Assembly: GCA_002633005.1 (NCBI GenBank)
Contig: NMRA01000307.1
Span: 86,688-150,687, forward strand
DNA length: 64,000 nucleotides
Direction of reading: 5' to 3'
DNA from: Phoronis australis
Lineage: Eukaryota > Animalia > Phoronida
This document shows, piece after piece, positions 1-13,200 of this stretch; position 1 is the stretch's first letter; each line of letters starts with the position of its first letter. The notes beneath the pieces were generated by a model. That model saw only the letters and a list, made by a program, of their open reading frames with translations, did not search any database and was not told the DNA's origin. A program made the translations under genes and the position numbers.

Positions 1-2905
1 ACACTTGACTCGAACAAGACATGCACACCAGGTGACAGCTCTGTCTCTGACAAAGCTACAGGAAGAACCATTTCTTATTGTGAAACATGAAGGTGCTGTT
101 TTGGACCGAAGAGTCTCCAGCAGGAAAAGTGATAGCTCAATGAGGATTCCAAAATTTGAGTTTTGGAATGTTATCTTACATGTCCACTTACTGATCTTGA
201 TGTTCGTCCTTGCTCATGGTGAATGCAACTTTTCACTGTGCATTGGTGTCTTTGAATCTCTTGTATCCTATTTCTTTGCTCTTGACCTTCAAAATTATGC
301 AAGATGGGTCTCTCTCCACATCCAAGACGTGAGAGCTATACCAGTTAACATACGGCAGCATTTGATGGAAGTTTTCAAATACACGGCACAGATTCTGTGC
401 TGTTGCAATTGACTAGGCGGATGAAAACGATAACGCCTTAGTCCAAGACAGTGGTGGGGCTATTGGATTAACTGAAAATCTAAACACTTTGACAGAGTGA
501 ATGGTGTTTGGGTCCGAGCTATAAAAAGGTTGCTGACTGAGTGTGATTGTCAATAACGAGGAAAAAACCACCACAAAGACATTCTATCCTTCCAGAACAA
601 CTTTAAAAACCATGTTAACAGTTTGTGTGGTGTAAGGTGTCAGTTCAGCAAACTAAAGGGAAACCCTTTCTTTGACCATGGTGATGAACTTATGACGTTA
701 GATACGCTACAGGTCTTCAGACTATCGAAGTGACTAGAAAACAGCAATATGAAAACTATAAGCAAACAGTCGTAATTCAAAACTCCCAACCAATAGAGAC
801 CTCTATCAAGAAAAACAAGTTTGTAGTTTCCGAAACAGCTAACAGGAAGGCAAAAAGAGTGACTCAGCAGCGCATGGATAACATCAAGAAAGACTGCAGC
901 TTATTTAGTCAGGTTTTTATAGCTAGTCAAATTCTAGAAGGATGATTTTCTTATACATGAGAATCATTTTTGGCCACCATCCTGAACCAGAACGACAGTC
1001 TCGGTTTACCCTCACAGAAGTCACACTTGCTCAAAATGTTTGAATTTAATCATCCAGATGTTCCTGAATACATGTACGTCGATGTCAAAGTCATTGATGG
1101 GCCAGCTATTGTGCGCAAAGTTTCTCCAAACGAATCCGCGACATTCGGACAGTTCAGTTTTAACTGCTAAGTGGGCACATTTTAACCTTCACAACTGCTG
1201 TAGAGTTGACATTGTGTTTGATGCTTAGACTGAAGACAGATTGAAGGCCACTGCTGATAGAGGTACAGGTGATCTTGCCAAAGTTTCACACCAAACGCAA
1301 CTGTCTCTGTACTTCCAGAATTTCTTGCAAACTCGAAAATTAAAGAGGAATTGTTCATGCTGTTAGCTGAAGATATCTTTAGCAAGCGCCTAACCTCCAG
1401 GACAAAATATATATGTTACCCACGGTCACTCTATTCTTTCTTCTGGTTCTGACATACCGCCGAGATTCGGACACCTGCATGTGCTTGTACATTTCGGACG
1501 CTTTGATCAAAGTAATCAGAGAATACTCGTTTCTACAATTGATACTGATGTTGTGGTCGTTCTTCTTGGTGTTTTTGATCAGCTTAAGGCTTTGCTACCA
1601 GCAATTCAGGTAGTGGTTAGAGCTGTAAAGAAAGCGCGGGAACTCTTCGTCAAGAGTTTGTTTCACTAGCTTAGGTACGATTTGTGTGTAGCTCTACCCA
1701 TGATCCATGCCTTAACTGGGTTGGACACAACGTCCCAGTCCTATGGGAAAGGGAAGAAAACAGCATGGGAGACATGAAAAGCTTACCGTGATGCTACTCA
1801 GGCATTCTCGTGCCAGCAATCAACTCCTTTCGGCAACTCACCGTCGACAGTCAGGAATTCAAAACAATTGAGACATTTACATGTTTCGTTTATGATTGAA
1901 AAGTCAAAACTAGCCAAGTCAATACTTTATGAAAGGAGCTTTTCCAACAAAAAGTTCAGATCATGCCAAATTTATCGCCTACCCAATCTCCTCTGATAAA
2001 GCAAGTTAACAAATGCCTGTATAAACTGGCAGTCGGCATGCCCATCCACGGGAAACCAAGTCCATAGAGGTTTGGATGGCAGAGTGACAAGGTCCAACAA
2101 TAGACACCTTACTGGATAGACATGCCTGAAATTCCAAAGCTGGTCAGCAGCTCATGGTTGCAAGAGCATACCACTATGGGGCAAGAGATATAAATTAAAA
2201 GCAATTCCTTAGCATGCACAACACTTACAGGTAGCAAATACCGGGGAACATGTCAGTAATATCGTTTGTTATGGACCAAAGGAATAGATGATAATGTTAA
2301 TTGAATTCTGTGGTCTGCAATGACAATTTGAGATTAATCTGTTTTATTGTGTTGATATTATAAGCAGATGACAATCGGATTATATCTAGAAGAAGCATAC
2401 TAACGAGATTTTTGAAAGCTGGCCTCTGAGTTTTTGGTAGTCTGTCAAGTTCTATGCATATATTGGTCTCTTTATCATAACAGCAACTGAATTTTCATAA
2501 TAATTGTACAAATAAATGATAAATCTAATAAATTTTTGGTAAGAAATCCTATTTGTTGTTGTATTATTAGTATTGCACCAGATCAAAATACATGATTTTG
2601 TTAAAATTGCAGTTGAAGTTAAGCGGCCATATTGGAATTATGCATCTGAGGGGTCTTAATATTATGAGAAAAAGATATTGCGATGTCATTATGATAGATT
2701 TCTAGTTAATAAAGTACTCTTTCCTAGCCTTAAAATGTGTGATCATCTCCCAAGCAACCATAGATTTGTGTTACTGGGCGGCCATTTTGTTTTACGAGAT
2801 TTGACCTTGACCTTGACCTCAAAATTTGGGCAATCGATCCCCATGAGATTCAGCATGTCAAAAAGGTACTTGTGTAGACACTACGAAAGTTTGTTGTACA
2901 AACTA
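1..2905 (+). mobile_element. Degenerate Academ (AcademX-like) DNA transposon, 3' part: frameshifted transposase/XPG-type nuclease pseudogene plus putative right terminus
   Basis: Motifs appear in order across broken frames: YFFALDLQNYARW, GGAIGLTEN, DCSLFSQVFIAS, VKVIDGPAIV, CRVDIVFD, IKEELF, ILVSTIDTDVVV, IHALTGLDTTSQSYGKGKKTAW. DTDV plus HA.TG.DTTS is an XPG/FEN1-like active site and H3TH pattern, as in Academ proteins. Many stops and frameshifts. The terminal region ends ...ttgtacaaacta at 2905; this boundary is tentative. Confidence 0.65.
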
Positions 2906-2936
2906 ATTAAAGCCAAGAACAGCTTAATTTTCAATG

Positions 2937-2940
<4 letters not shown>

Positions 2941-2980
<40 letters not shown>
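2941..2980. repeat. (TA)n microsatellite
   Basis: atacatacat followed by (at)n, read directly. Confidence 0.95.
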
Positions 2981-2982
<2 letters not shown>

Positions 2983-3959
2983 TGTTTTCATTTGAAAGAG
3001 CTTAGATTTGATTTCTATAACAATTTAAATAGAATTCATGCTCAAACTATTGTTCATATGGTCTGTAAAATTTGCTCGTCATTTCCAAAATAGACAGTTC
3101 TGCAGGACAAAAAAGTAGAGGCAAGATTTTTTATTAGTCAGTTATCAAGATTATTTCTTTAGCTGTATTTTTTAAAAGTTGCAATAAGCTGTAGGGTACA
3201 ATATGGCGGCAAGAAGGTAACAAAAACGGCCACTGAAATTAGCCACAAAAAGTGGTCTGTGGATTATCTCCCTTGTCTTGCAAAATGCTGTCAGATTTGA
3301 ATAAATGACAGAAATATGCACAGTATACAGTATACATGTACCAAAGTATGACTTTTGATCGTTTTGTAAGATACTTATTTTTGTTGGTGTAAATATATAA
3401 TTTTGGAGACGGCTAATATGCCCAATTATGCCAATGTGTGTTTTTTACATGTACTGCCTCTAAAGTTTTTTTACCAAAAACCTAAATGTTTTCAGTGAAA
3501 AACTTAAGTTCATTTTTGTAAGGGTTGCTGCGGCTTAAACCATTGCATCGGGGTTCTCTTGTTTTTGTATACTTCGATCATCGCCCGTTTTAATAAAATG
3601 CAACTTCTCAAGTTAAAGATGGTCGCCATACATCACATACATGTACATGTACTAGGTATCTGTTAACTGAAAGGCGTTTCCCAACTTTCAATCAATGGGA
3701 ATTACTGAATGTAGAGATGTTTGTTTCGTTACTTTAGCCAATCATAAGCCATGCTAAACAGCATTCGACAGTGCTAACTTTCGAAGTGTTGTAAAAGAGT
3801 GTATGTATTTGGCTAGCCCACTGTATGTAGAACTGAAACCAAAAGTAGCAAACTGCGTGCTTTAAGACAAGTTACCGTGGTGGGAATTATTTTCATTCAA
3901 TCAGTTACGCCTGAATGATATACTTAAAGTAGAAATTTTCTGCCTTTTTGCAAGACAAA

Positions 3960-3965
3960 TTTATT
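3960..3965 (-). terminator. Putative AATAAA polyadenylation signal of the minus-strand gene
   Basis: tttatt on + strand, about 110 nt downstream of the TAA stop at 4074. Confidence 0.5.
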
Positions 3966-4073
3966 TGAATTCAGTCAACACGACCATAGTCATGTAAAGA
4001 AAATTTACAATAAATGTATATCTGCACTCTTAGAGGAAAATACCAAGGCTTTTTGGAAGGCATCCCGTAATTT

Positions 4074-4259
4074 TTACGAGTCATCGTCCATGGTCAGCAG
4101 GCGGCCATGCTTGTCAAAGCATGCTCTTTTGTCATCGCATCTGATCATCCACAGTTCGCCAGGTCCTTTCCACCTCAACACCAAAGTGTGACTATGCCCG
4201 TTAGCTTCAGTTGTTATTTTCGTTATTTTTTGGTTCTTCTTCGTAGACAAAGAGAGTAT
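4074..4259 (-). CDS. Secreted protein, terminal coding exon 13 (not in ORF track)
   Basis: caccag|ATA...TCG TAA; ILSLSTKKNQKITKITTEANGHSHTLVLRWKGPGELWMIRCDDKRACFDKHGRLLTMDDDS*. Confidence 0.85.
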   Translation of the reverse strand: MLSLSTKKNQKITKITTEANGHSHTLVLRWKGPGELWMIRCDDKRACFDKHGRLLTMDDDS

Positions 4260-7200
4260 CTGGTGTGGACAAAAACACGATATGACCAGTGTGTCTTACT
4301 GCAGTGTAATCTTTAATCAAATCTAAAGAACGCTAAGAAGCCAATGGGTTAACCCAACTTGGATCGATTGGTCCTCTGCATATTCGGAAAGCTCACCTGG
4401 TGCAGTTTTCTTCTCACCATTTTACGTACATGTAACCCTTCAACAGCTTCGTGTTTGGAAATTGAGACCTAATCAATTTGTTTTAGGCGTAATTAACACT
4501 ACCATCACCTGGGTTGTTTTTCTCCCGGAGAAAATGGATGGTATGTTTCCGAGGTTTGATAGTCTCCTCCTGAACAACAGACAGCAGAGTCTCAATTAAC
4601 TAACATGGTCGGAGAATAAAATATTTTTGTTGTATATCTTGGCATAAACGAATTCTGAAAGCAGGTTGAAAACAGGGAGCGGGGATAGGAGATAGGGAAG
4701 GTGACGGGGCGGGGGGTCTCAAGGATTTGTACGTTGGCATAGAGAGGCGTAAACAAGTAAACCAATTACTGCACAGCCTACCTCTTCGGACGTCAGGGTC
4801 ACTACGTGAGTGTGCTCGCCAATAAAGTCTGCTTCTGAAGGACTCATGACGAAAGTGATTACGCCACTAGCGTTCTAAAACAGAAAATGGTAATGGTCTG
4901 ATATAAGGTGCCCGAATTTTGAGAAGCAGTTTTCTCCACTGAATAACGGGCATCAAACTGGTTCTCAAATTACGGGCACGTTATATCAGACTATTGCCCA
5001 GAAAATTATCAATTTTATACATGAGTTTAAAACCTGTCACATGACTGTGATGTTGCATTTCATATACATGCAATATAAAGAACTATAGACCAATGTACCG
5101 TATTTAATCGGATATTCTTTTCATGGTGGTTTATAGGTCTATGTAGGACATTATCTACAACTCAGTCAAACTTCAACAAAACTATAACAAAAGTATAATT
5201 TTATTTTCAGAAAGCAAAAATTTCGAAGATTTTTATTTTTGACCTTACATTTTATATCAATCAATCATTAATTAGATCGCCTGACCATGGTCTAAATTAA
5301 AATCTAGTAAAAAGGGTAAATCCATACACAACAGGATCAATAACATGAGCTAATTTCTTATGATACAAATTTTCAAAAAACACTTTTACACTAAAATGGC
5401 ATTTCGATAGCCTCCCATTCTAAAACACATTCCTGAGACCGTTTTGGAAAACAGTGCATTAAACCTTGTGTCAGACGAGTCATTTTCGATACATGATGCT
5501 CCAAATTTGGCCAAAATTCGACATTTTTTCAAAGCCCAACATCAACTTAAAACCGGAAAGTAGGAAGATAGGAAGAAAATTGAACTGTGAAAAAGATTTA
5601 AGGTAGTCAAGGGCGGATCCAGGATTTTGAGTTAGGCGGTACCAAAGCAGAGTATTAGCTAGGACTTTGAACGTCGGACATTCGCTCCCCTCCACCTACC
5701 AAATGGAATCTTGGAGAAATTTAGGGGTGCCATGGCCCCCTTGGCCCCCCTCTTAATCCTCTATTGGTAGTCGTCAACCTTGGTGGGAACATTTTTTCAA
5801 AAAAGCAATATTCGCATTGCTACACTTACATGTAATCTGTCATTACACTTATTAATTATGTCTTAATTATGCTAGTCGTTTGGACGACCCCACCTGAGTT
5901 GAATTTTGTGGCATTTTTTATCGCCATTTCTCAGGTCTAAATTCCAGTTTCGTAACCTCTAAGAGTTTTGAACACTAATATCATTTTAGCGCTTGTGTCG
6001 AATTTTACACGTTTGGCGGAGATACTGACGGTCACAAACAAAGACTTGGGACACTACTAAAAATGATGGGTGGCGTATCTGCGGTTTTGTGATAAATGAA
6101 AATATGGTACACTGATAACTGTGTATCCGAAGTTGAAATAATCGTGTATACTACAAACACGAAGTCGCCTGTAACTATTTCTACTCGGTAATTCGTGTTC
6201 AAAATAAGAACATGAAATTTTCCCCCAACTAAGACGACCACGTGCTTGCCAATTGTTGCGTAGGTTTAGGGTTGGTACATTGTTTCCGTGTTCTGGTTGT
6301 TACCGAAAATGGAGTTTGATCGCGGCAAGGAATATTATGAAACCGATTGAATGAACAATAATCTCTTAATTCATACTTTCTTTGTTGGCAGCTTAACTCA
6401 GAAACAATGAACATTTCACAGTTAATTTGCCAATTGAGGACATTATTACATTCTGCACCTGCCAAGAGGATAAACGAACAATGGAAACGTTACGTGATTC
6501 AACATGTGCACATGGCATTCTCGAAAACAAAATCAAAAAATGTTGACACTTATGTCTAGGTTACAATGGGTTACATCAACTTTTGCAGCTTCATGTAGCT
6601 AAGTACATGTACACAGGTATGTCATCAAGGGTACGCTTTATGAAAAGTTGCTTAAGGCTTAAGGCAGAAGATTAGCCATACACATGTACATGTACATGTA
6701 TGCCCAAGCTTTACATTTGGCAAATAAAGGGTGGTGTTGCCATATAATTTTGAACATACATGTATCACTTCCACAAATTAACTTGTAAAAATGCCCTCTG
6801 TGAGTAACAGATTTTCATCAGACACTTCCTTCTTTTTTAAAGTGAGTTTCAAATATTTTTTGAGATGAAAATATAGAGCGTATGATCAATTTTCTCTCTA
6901 AAGCCTTAAGTCACGTTTCTTGAAACTGACCCTAAAACTTTTTTGGCTTTCACAAAGTGACAAAACTTACGTTTAAAGATGGCCGTTCCTTTAACAGCAT
7001 GCGTTCCACAAACTCCTTACCGTTTTTCAGAATGTCTGTGAGTGCAGTCAATTCTTTATAAACCGAATTACCTGCAATGACACAAGCAAATTCATTAGTC
7101 GTAAAAGCGGGTATATGGTATCGCCTTCAATAAACATGGCAGTTTTCATTTACGTACTGCAGACCACTTAAAGTTGTGAAAATGGTCTCAAAATTTCCCT

Positions 7201-10200
7201 TGGTCAAAACAGGTGTGATTTCTGCGCTTGGAAATAACGGATAGTCCGTACAAGCGGATGCCAATTTTTAAGTGGTTACTTGTCTTAGTCAAAATGTTAC
7301 TTATTCGGCGGAGCGCATGTTGGTTGTAAAGTAGATTTTAACACAGCAGATTTCATAAAGGTGGTTTAAAGTTACACCTTGTTTAAACTGGACTTCAACC
7401 AGGTTTAAAGATAATCTGCATTTCATAAAGGTGGTTTAACTTTTAGTCTGGTGGTCTAGTAAAACCTGGTTTAACTCCAGTTCAGACATGGTCTAATTCA
7501 GTTTTCTTTTAACCAACGAGGTTTATATTCCTTAGACCTATATTAAGATCTTAAATCATGTTTAACTTTAGACTTGGTCAGACCCAGATTTAATAGTGTT
7601 GTATGGTGTGCATTTAAAAAGTAGTTTTAGAGCGAGAATGGACAATTTTAAATTTTCACATTTACATCGACACAAGATCAAGCTTTTAGACCTTTTTCGC
7701 AAATGTATGTATGCACTGATTCTACAACATTCTGTGCCATTGTATACCCACATGACCAATTGTTCATTGAAGCACTTCAATAGTTTCTTTTCAGATCAAC
7801 ACAGTAGGGTGGCTTGGATACATTAAACTTGGTTTTGCTACACCAGCTCCCTGGTCTAACAAAACCAGGCTTTCAAACTTTTAAACCAGGTTGGTGAAAT
7901 GCAAATTAGGCCTAAAATTACACTAGGTATAGGAAGACCAGGTTTAAGTCTTAAACCTGATTTGTTAAACCATCTTTATGAAATCGGCTGATAATGTTGC
8001 ATAAGTCACTTTTAGTTAGGTTCTCGCAGCCATTGCACAATAAAATATGTAAATTATCTGCTACAGTACCGTTATTATTTTTCAATCTGTACATCAACTG
8101 TATGAGCAGTAGCTGACGTCAACTGCTGATTTACTCCCAAACACTTCCTCGGTTATTTCTGCGAAGTCTAGGACAGTGTACGAGACATAAAAGCTATGAC
8201 GCAACATTCATCGAAGAATCAAACCGGTCCCTTGTGGCACGCGTAATAGAACACAGAATGTCCAGTAGCGTCACCTCACCAGTTATTTAACACACGCCGT
8301 TTTTCCGACTAAAAAAGGTCGGTGATAGCATTCGACATATAATGCAACTGCCAAAATCGTGAGGTAAGATAATGTTAACAGGTCGCCATACGCGGATTTG
8401 GCCTCAACAAAGTTGGTAGGAGACTCAAAATTCCAGGAATCTATTAGCAATTACTGGGCCCCTACATCTTAGCAGACGCCTTGGAACCGCTGGACACACG
8501 TCACTTGGTCTAGACAAAGTTAAAAAAATGGCAACTCGTCACTAAAATGCTATATTAGGTATCCTCCCCCCTGGTATCGGAATCATTGCTGCGTTAAGAG
8601 TTTCACTGTCACACAGCTAGGAACATGTGAAAATTTACATCTCACTTAACATTACGTGATCTCGCATAACTGGCAGTTTACTGCACCCACTCTAATGAAC
8701 ACAACCTTAGACCACTGTGAATTACGTCAGCTGTGCACACAGAATACTTTACCTTCGCCGTAAATTGGCATGATGGGATATCTCGTCCTCAATGGTCCAA
8801 CTCCGGCAATAGGTGGGAGAAAGATTTGTGTACCGGAAGCTTTCACGCGTCGCACGGTCTTGTTCTTGTCGAGAACGCATATTCCTCCGCCGCGAGTTGT
8901 GTCGGCAGCATCTGTGTCTACCGCATCTCCCGAGTAGAATTCAGGTGGCGTCAGGTAGTACAGCTTGCTATGAATTCCGTTATAGGCACCGGACTCAGAG
9001 CACTGGCCAGTGCGCCTGTTTCCATCGGCATCGGTTGTAACCGAGCTAGCTACGGTTTTATTCCGGGCACTTCCCTATGAAGTAAAAGTATACAGGGATC
9101 ATCTGTGTTCAGCGAAACTACTGCGCGAAATCGCCAGGCGGCGCAAGCACCTACACATTCGATGAGTATGTCTTTTTCAACTTGTACACATTATTTCGTT
9201 CAGGAAATAATACTCATTCACTCACAACGTTCACCCGTCGAAGTCAGCAATGTGTTCACCGGGTACAATTGGAAGCAAACATGATTTAGAAAGAGCCCCA
9301 CATGTTGTATAGCCTTAAGACATACCACGATGGGTCTCTGTTGCATAATATTCATCACACATTGTGTTGCTCATTGTTGATCAATACACTTGACGTCGTA
9401 AAAGAAATTAATCTTGTTCATGGAATGAATTTAAATACACCTCGAGTTTTACTTTAGGTACTTTTTTAGCATTCTCAATTCTACTTCAACACTAATTCAG
9501 AAGAAGGGTTCAGTTATTATGTGACCGAGAGTGAGTTCAAGCACGCGCATTCGTGTTTAGTCCAGGTTTGCTCTTGGTAACTCATAGATTCGAGTTACAA
9601 ACTCAAGTAGAACTCGAAATGACAGCTTTAATGCTGGGGTCATCAAGTTCAGACTAAGGTCAGGCAGTTATCCAGGTAAACTATAATGTTAGACTGGACA
9701 ATGTCAAAAATCAATCTATTTCGATATGAATAATACACCTCGGACAAAAGGACTTGTCGCTTCAATTCAATCAACTGCGAGCTAGTTCAAAGGGACTTTA
9801 GAGCGACGTTACAGTTCTCCGAAGGTCGCGCATGCGCGTGGAGGGCAAGAGAGTCGGGATATCGTTGGTCGAAACATTAGGTGACACATTCCAGTCCCTA
9901 TGAAAAATATTAATATTTTTTTTAAATTTTACTACAGGAGTAAAGGTTTATGCAATATGACAACTTTACCTGCGAGAAATCGAATAAACGTTATATTTGT
10001 GCGACGGGTACGTAAACACGTGAGCCTGTAGGCGTGTGAACTGTAAGTACTTGTTAGCTGTACATGTACTGTACATTGGAGAAACATGCATTGTAGTCGG
10101 TGAGTGCTAAACAAAGACGCCCTCACCTTCGTGGGTGTACCATGCTTATGCACTCTGCCAAGGTCTTACCTTGTACTCTAGGTCATACGGGTTCCAGCTT

Positions 10201-13200
10201 TGAAGAGGGGTCAAATAGATAATCTCCAAGGGTATAGCGTAAGACCACCTCTGTGGCCAACTTTTGCACACCTTTTCCTTCTTTTTTGACCATTTTTGAC
10301 GGATCCACTGACACTTTTCGGTCGTCTGACTGGCGATCTAATGAATATCAATTCAGACGCATCCACAATGTTTATCACTGTTATGATCGTCATCGTCATC
10401 ATCATCATCATCATTATATATGCGTATTGTATGTACATGCAGACTTTGGTTTCATGATACAAGTTACAGTGCAACTTTACAATGAATAAACCTTAGCCCC
10501 TAGCATTGTTGCTCCAAATTTTTTAAGTTAAAGTTTAACTTCAACGCAATTTTGTTATATTACTGTAGGTCTAGTGCGTTTTAATCAAACCAAAGCCTTA
10601 GCAAAATAAGAAAACGCAACTTTAATCACTAAAATATGCCTGTCAAATTGTGGGGGAAGTTCCTTTTCGTGCCATATTGGGTCACTGCGAGATCCCAGCA
10701 CAAAAAACAAAGCCGGAAAACAGTTGTACTGAATAGGGGTTGGAAACGAACACCCTGGCGTGTTGGTGTTGTACCCAGTTGTTTGAATTAAAAGGTGATT
10801 CTCGTGGTGATGTAGTCAAAAGCAAGCAAATCTACCTAACAGTTCATTACATTTGGTAATTTATGTTACGAGCGATGCTCTTAACATACAGCAGGAATCA
10901 AATTTACAGGTTTTACAATTCAATATACGCTTTAAAGAAAGCGTGGTTTTGAAATGAACCAACTACATGTATTGTTGCACGGTCTATAATTTTTGTCGCA
11001 TCACTCAAAACGGAAAAATCCTACCATGCCATTGTTTTCAAAAAAAATGATCAGACGGTAAAAATGCGTATAACTTATACATGTACACTGAACATTAAAC
11101 ATAGAACAGCTAACCAGAAATTTTCATCTTTGGCATTAGCAGGTGGCTTAGTATTCCATTACATATTGCACATCTCAAGCATCACGAAGAAAACCGAAAT
11201 TGCACGTCAACACACGAGCTGGGGAATTTTCTGTGCAAGCTCCATCCAAAATAGAAATTATCAAACTTAACTTTCAATACCACAGCTAGCCTAGCAAAGA
11301 AATCTACAGATTTCGCTCGGTAAAGTTTTCATCCCTGTGTGTAGTAACTCGGTCACACTGGCAGTCTGGGCTTCGTTCCGTAGAAAAGACACGTGTCGCT
11401 CAGGCAAGTGTGGTCAACTATTTCGACTCTAATATGGAATGATCTTCTCGAGAGTGTTAAGATGTGATTGTGTCTGCCATTTGCACGCCTGTTGACACGG
11501 AGATCGGACGTGTTGGATCGGTGCTTGACCAACCTCCCTCGAATACGTCTCCACTGGGATATTTATATGAAGTACTGTTGTTGCGCCATATGGTCCCACC
11601 CAGAACTAACAGACATGAGATTGTAAACCAGTTTTCAAAACAATCAGTTAACATTTTTAAGGTAGCAATCGTGGCCTACAGTTCCAACTTCGAAGGCAAG
11701 CACATGAAACACGTTCGTGTGTTCAAACAGTTAACCCGATAGCTTAGTGCAACGATTGCGCGTTTAAAAGCTGGGGTCATGCTAAATCAAAAGGCGAATA
11801 CGCGTGGTCGACATCTTTACAATGGGAGTTTCCCATATAGGTCTAAACGACGCCTTTTTTTCGTAAGTATCCCTTGGTGAAAGCGTGGAATTGGAATTGA
11901 ATATAGCAATCCAGTTCAGGAAACCAAGAGCAAGAAGTGGACGTACCTTGGGATGAGTTGTCATAGCCATAAACAGCTGATCGTCGGCGTACCCTCGCCT
12001 TTGCATCGAGATACCCATTGCGTCCTTCTTTCCAAATTCAAACCATCGGTGATAATAACCTACATATATACAGTAGGAATGACGTCACTGTGGTTGAAAT
12101 TCACAAAACCCAAGTGTCAACGATCGAGACAGCTATGTTCAGTAACATTATGCTGTAAGTCGCCATTTTTTGACTTCTGTTGTCGCAATGGTGCAATCTG
12201 TTTACCATCAATTCAATGCTGAAGTACAGTAAGACATTTAGCGGATTGGTATTTAAGTAACTCACCGCTGTTCAGTTTTACTTTAGTTTGACCCAATTCT
12301 AATACTGGTGTGTCAAAGGCGTCATCCAAGATATCAGCCGGTCCATTGTCCTTGCCAGGAATCTGACCCATGAGATCATCCAGCAACGTCTTCCTGTCCG
12401 CAGCAAGCACATGAAACATGACAGTTGAGGAAAAGACATTAGTGAAGACAGCTGGGAAAGAAAAGTCCATCGTGGGCTTGCATGTTTTGTGAACTCTAGT
12501 GGTTGTACCGACATCCCCGAGTCCAAACAATATGTGGAGAACAATATTATATTTTCTGGAGCTTAAATTGACATTTATTTTTTATCATGTCAGAACGTCA
12601 CGTTGTGAACAACGCAGGACGTTTTAGCTCTCAAAAATGTTCTTCAACGATTGCAGTTCGACGTCAATTGCATACAGTTTGTTTACCCTTGAGAAATGCT
12701 TGCATTTATGCCCTTGGAGGTTAATTGATAAGTTAATCTTATTGACCCAAAACCTTGATCATTATATCAGCCTGCTTATGATTGAGAATTTCAAAGAGAT
12801 ATGCAAATGCACATAATGGCATCTATATTTAAATCGTTGATGTCGACCGTAATTAACCTTCTGAGTCAATAAAGAAGTGAAAGTAGAAGCAATTGATAGT
12901 TCCGGAATGTAAAATGTCATTTTCTGAGAACGTTTTGTTCAGTTCCAGCATGGTTCACGTAATGTGAAAGATATCATGCGTGTTTATGTCGATTTGTAGA
13001 AAATGAAACTAAAACCTGAAGAGGTGAAGCACTGCGCAATTTACTATAATGTCACCCGATCTGAGTAAAAGTTCCTTTTACGTTAGCCCCTCTCTCCTAG
13101 GCATTTCTGATGTAATAACTGGATGTCGAGTCCCAAACGCCTGGGTATTTTCAGTCTCAGCCTTAGAGGGTCCCCACTTATTTCAGTCCTGCGTCGCCCA

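Noticed and set aside
4509-4569. Possible extra exon EETIKPRKHTIHFLREKNNP on minus
   Set aside because: Its 61-nt length would shift the frame of the terminal exon, and exons 12 and 13 join cleanly without it.
7021-7021. Alternative donor AACG|gtaagg for exon 11, plus candidate micro-exons at about 6450, 6080 and 5830
   Set aside because: This donor gives phase 1, which is incompatible with the next exon; the 6971 donor restores the frame with no extra exons.
8733-9080. Plus-strand ORFs at 8733-9080, 17203-17607 and 20814-21167
   Set aside because: Antisense shadows of real minus-strand exons.
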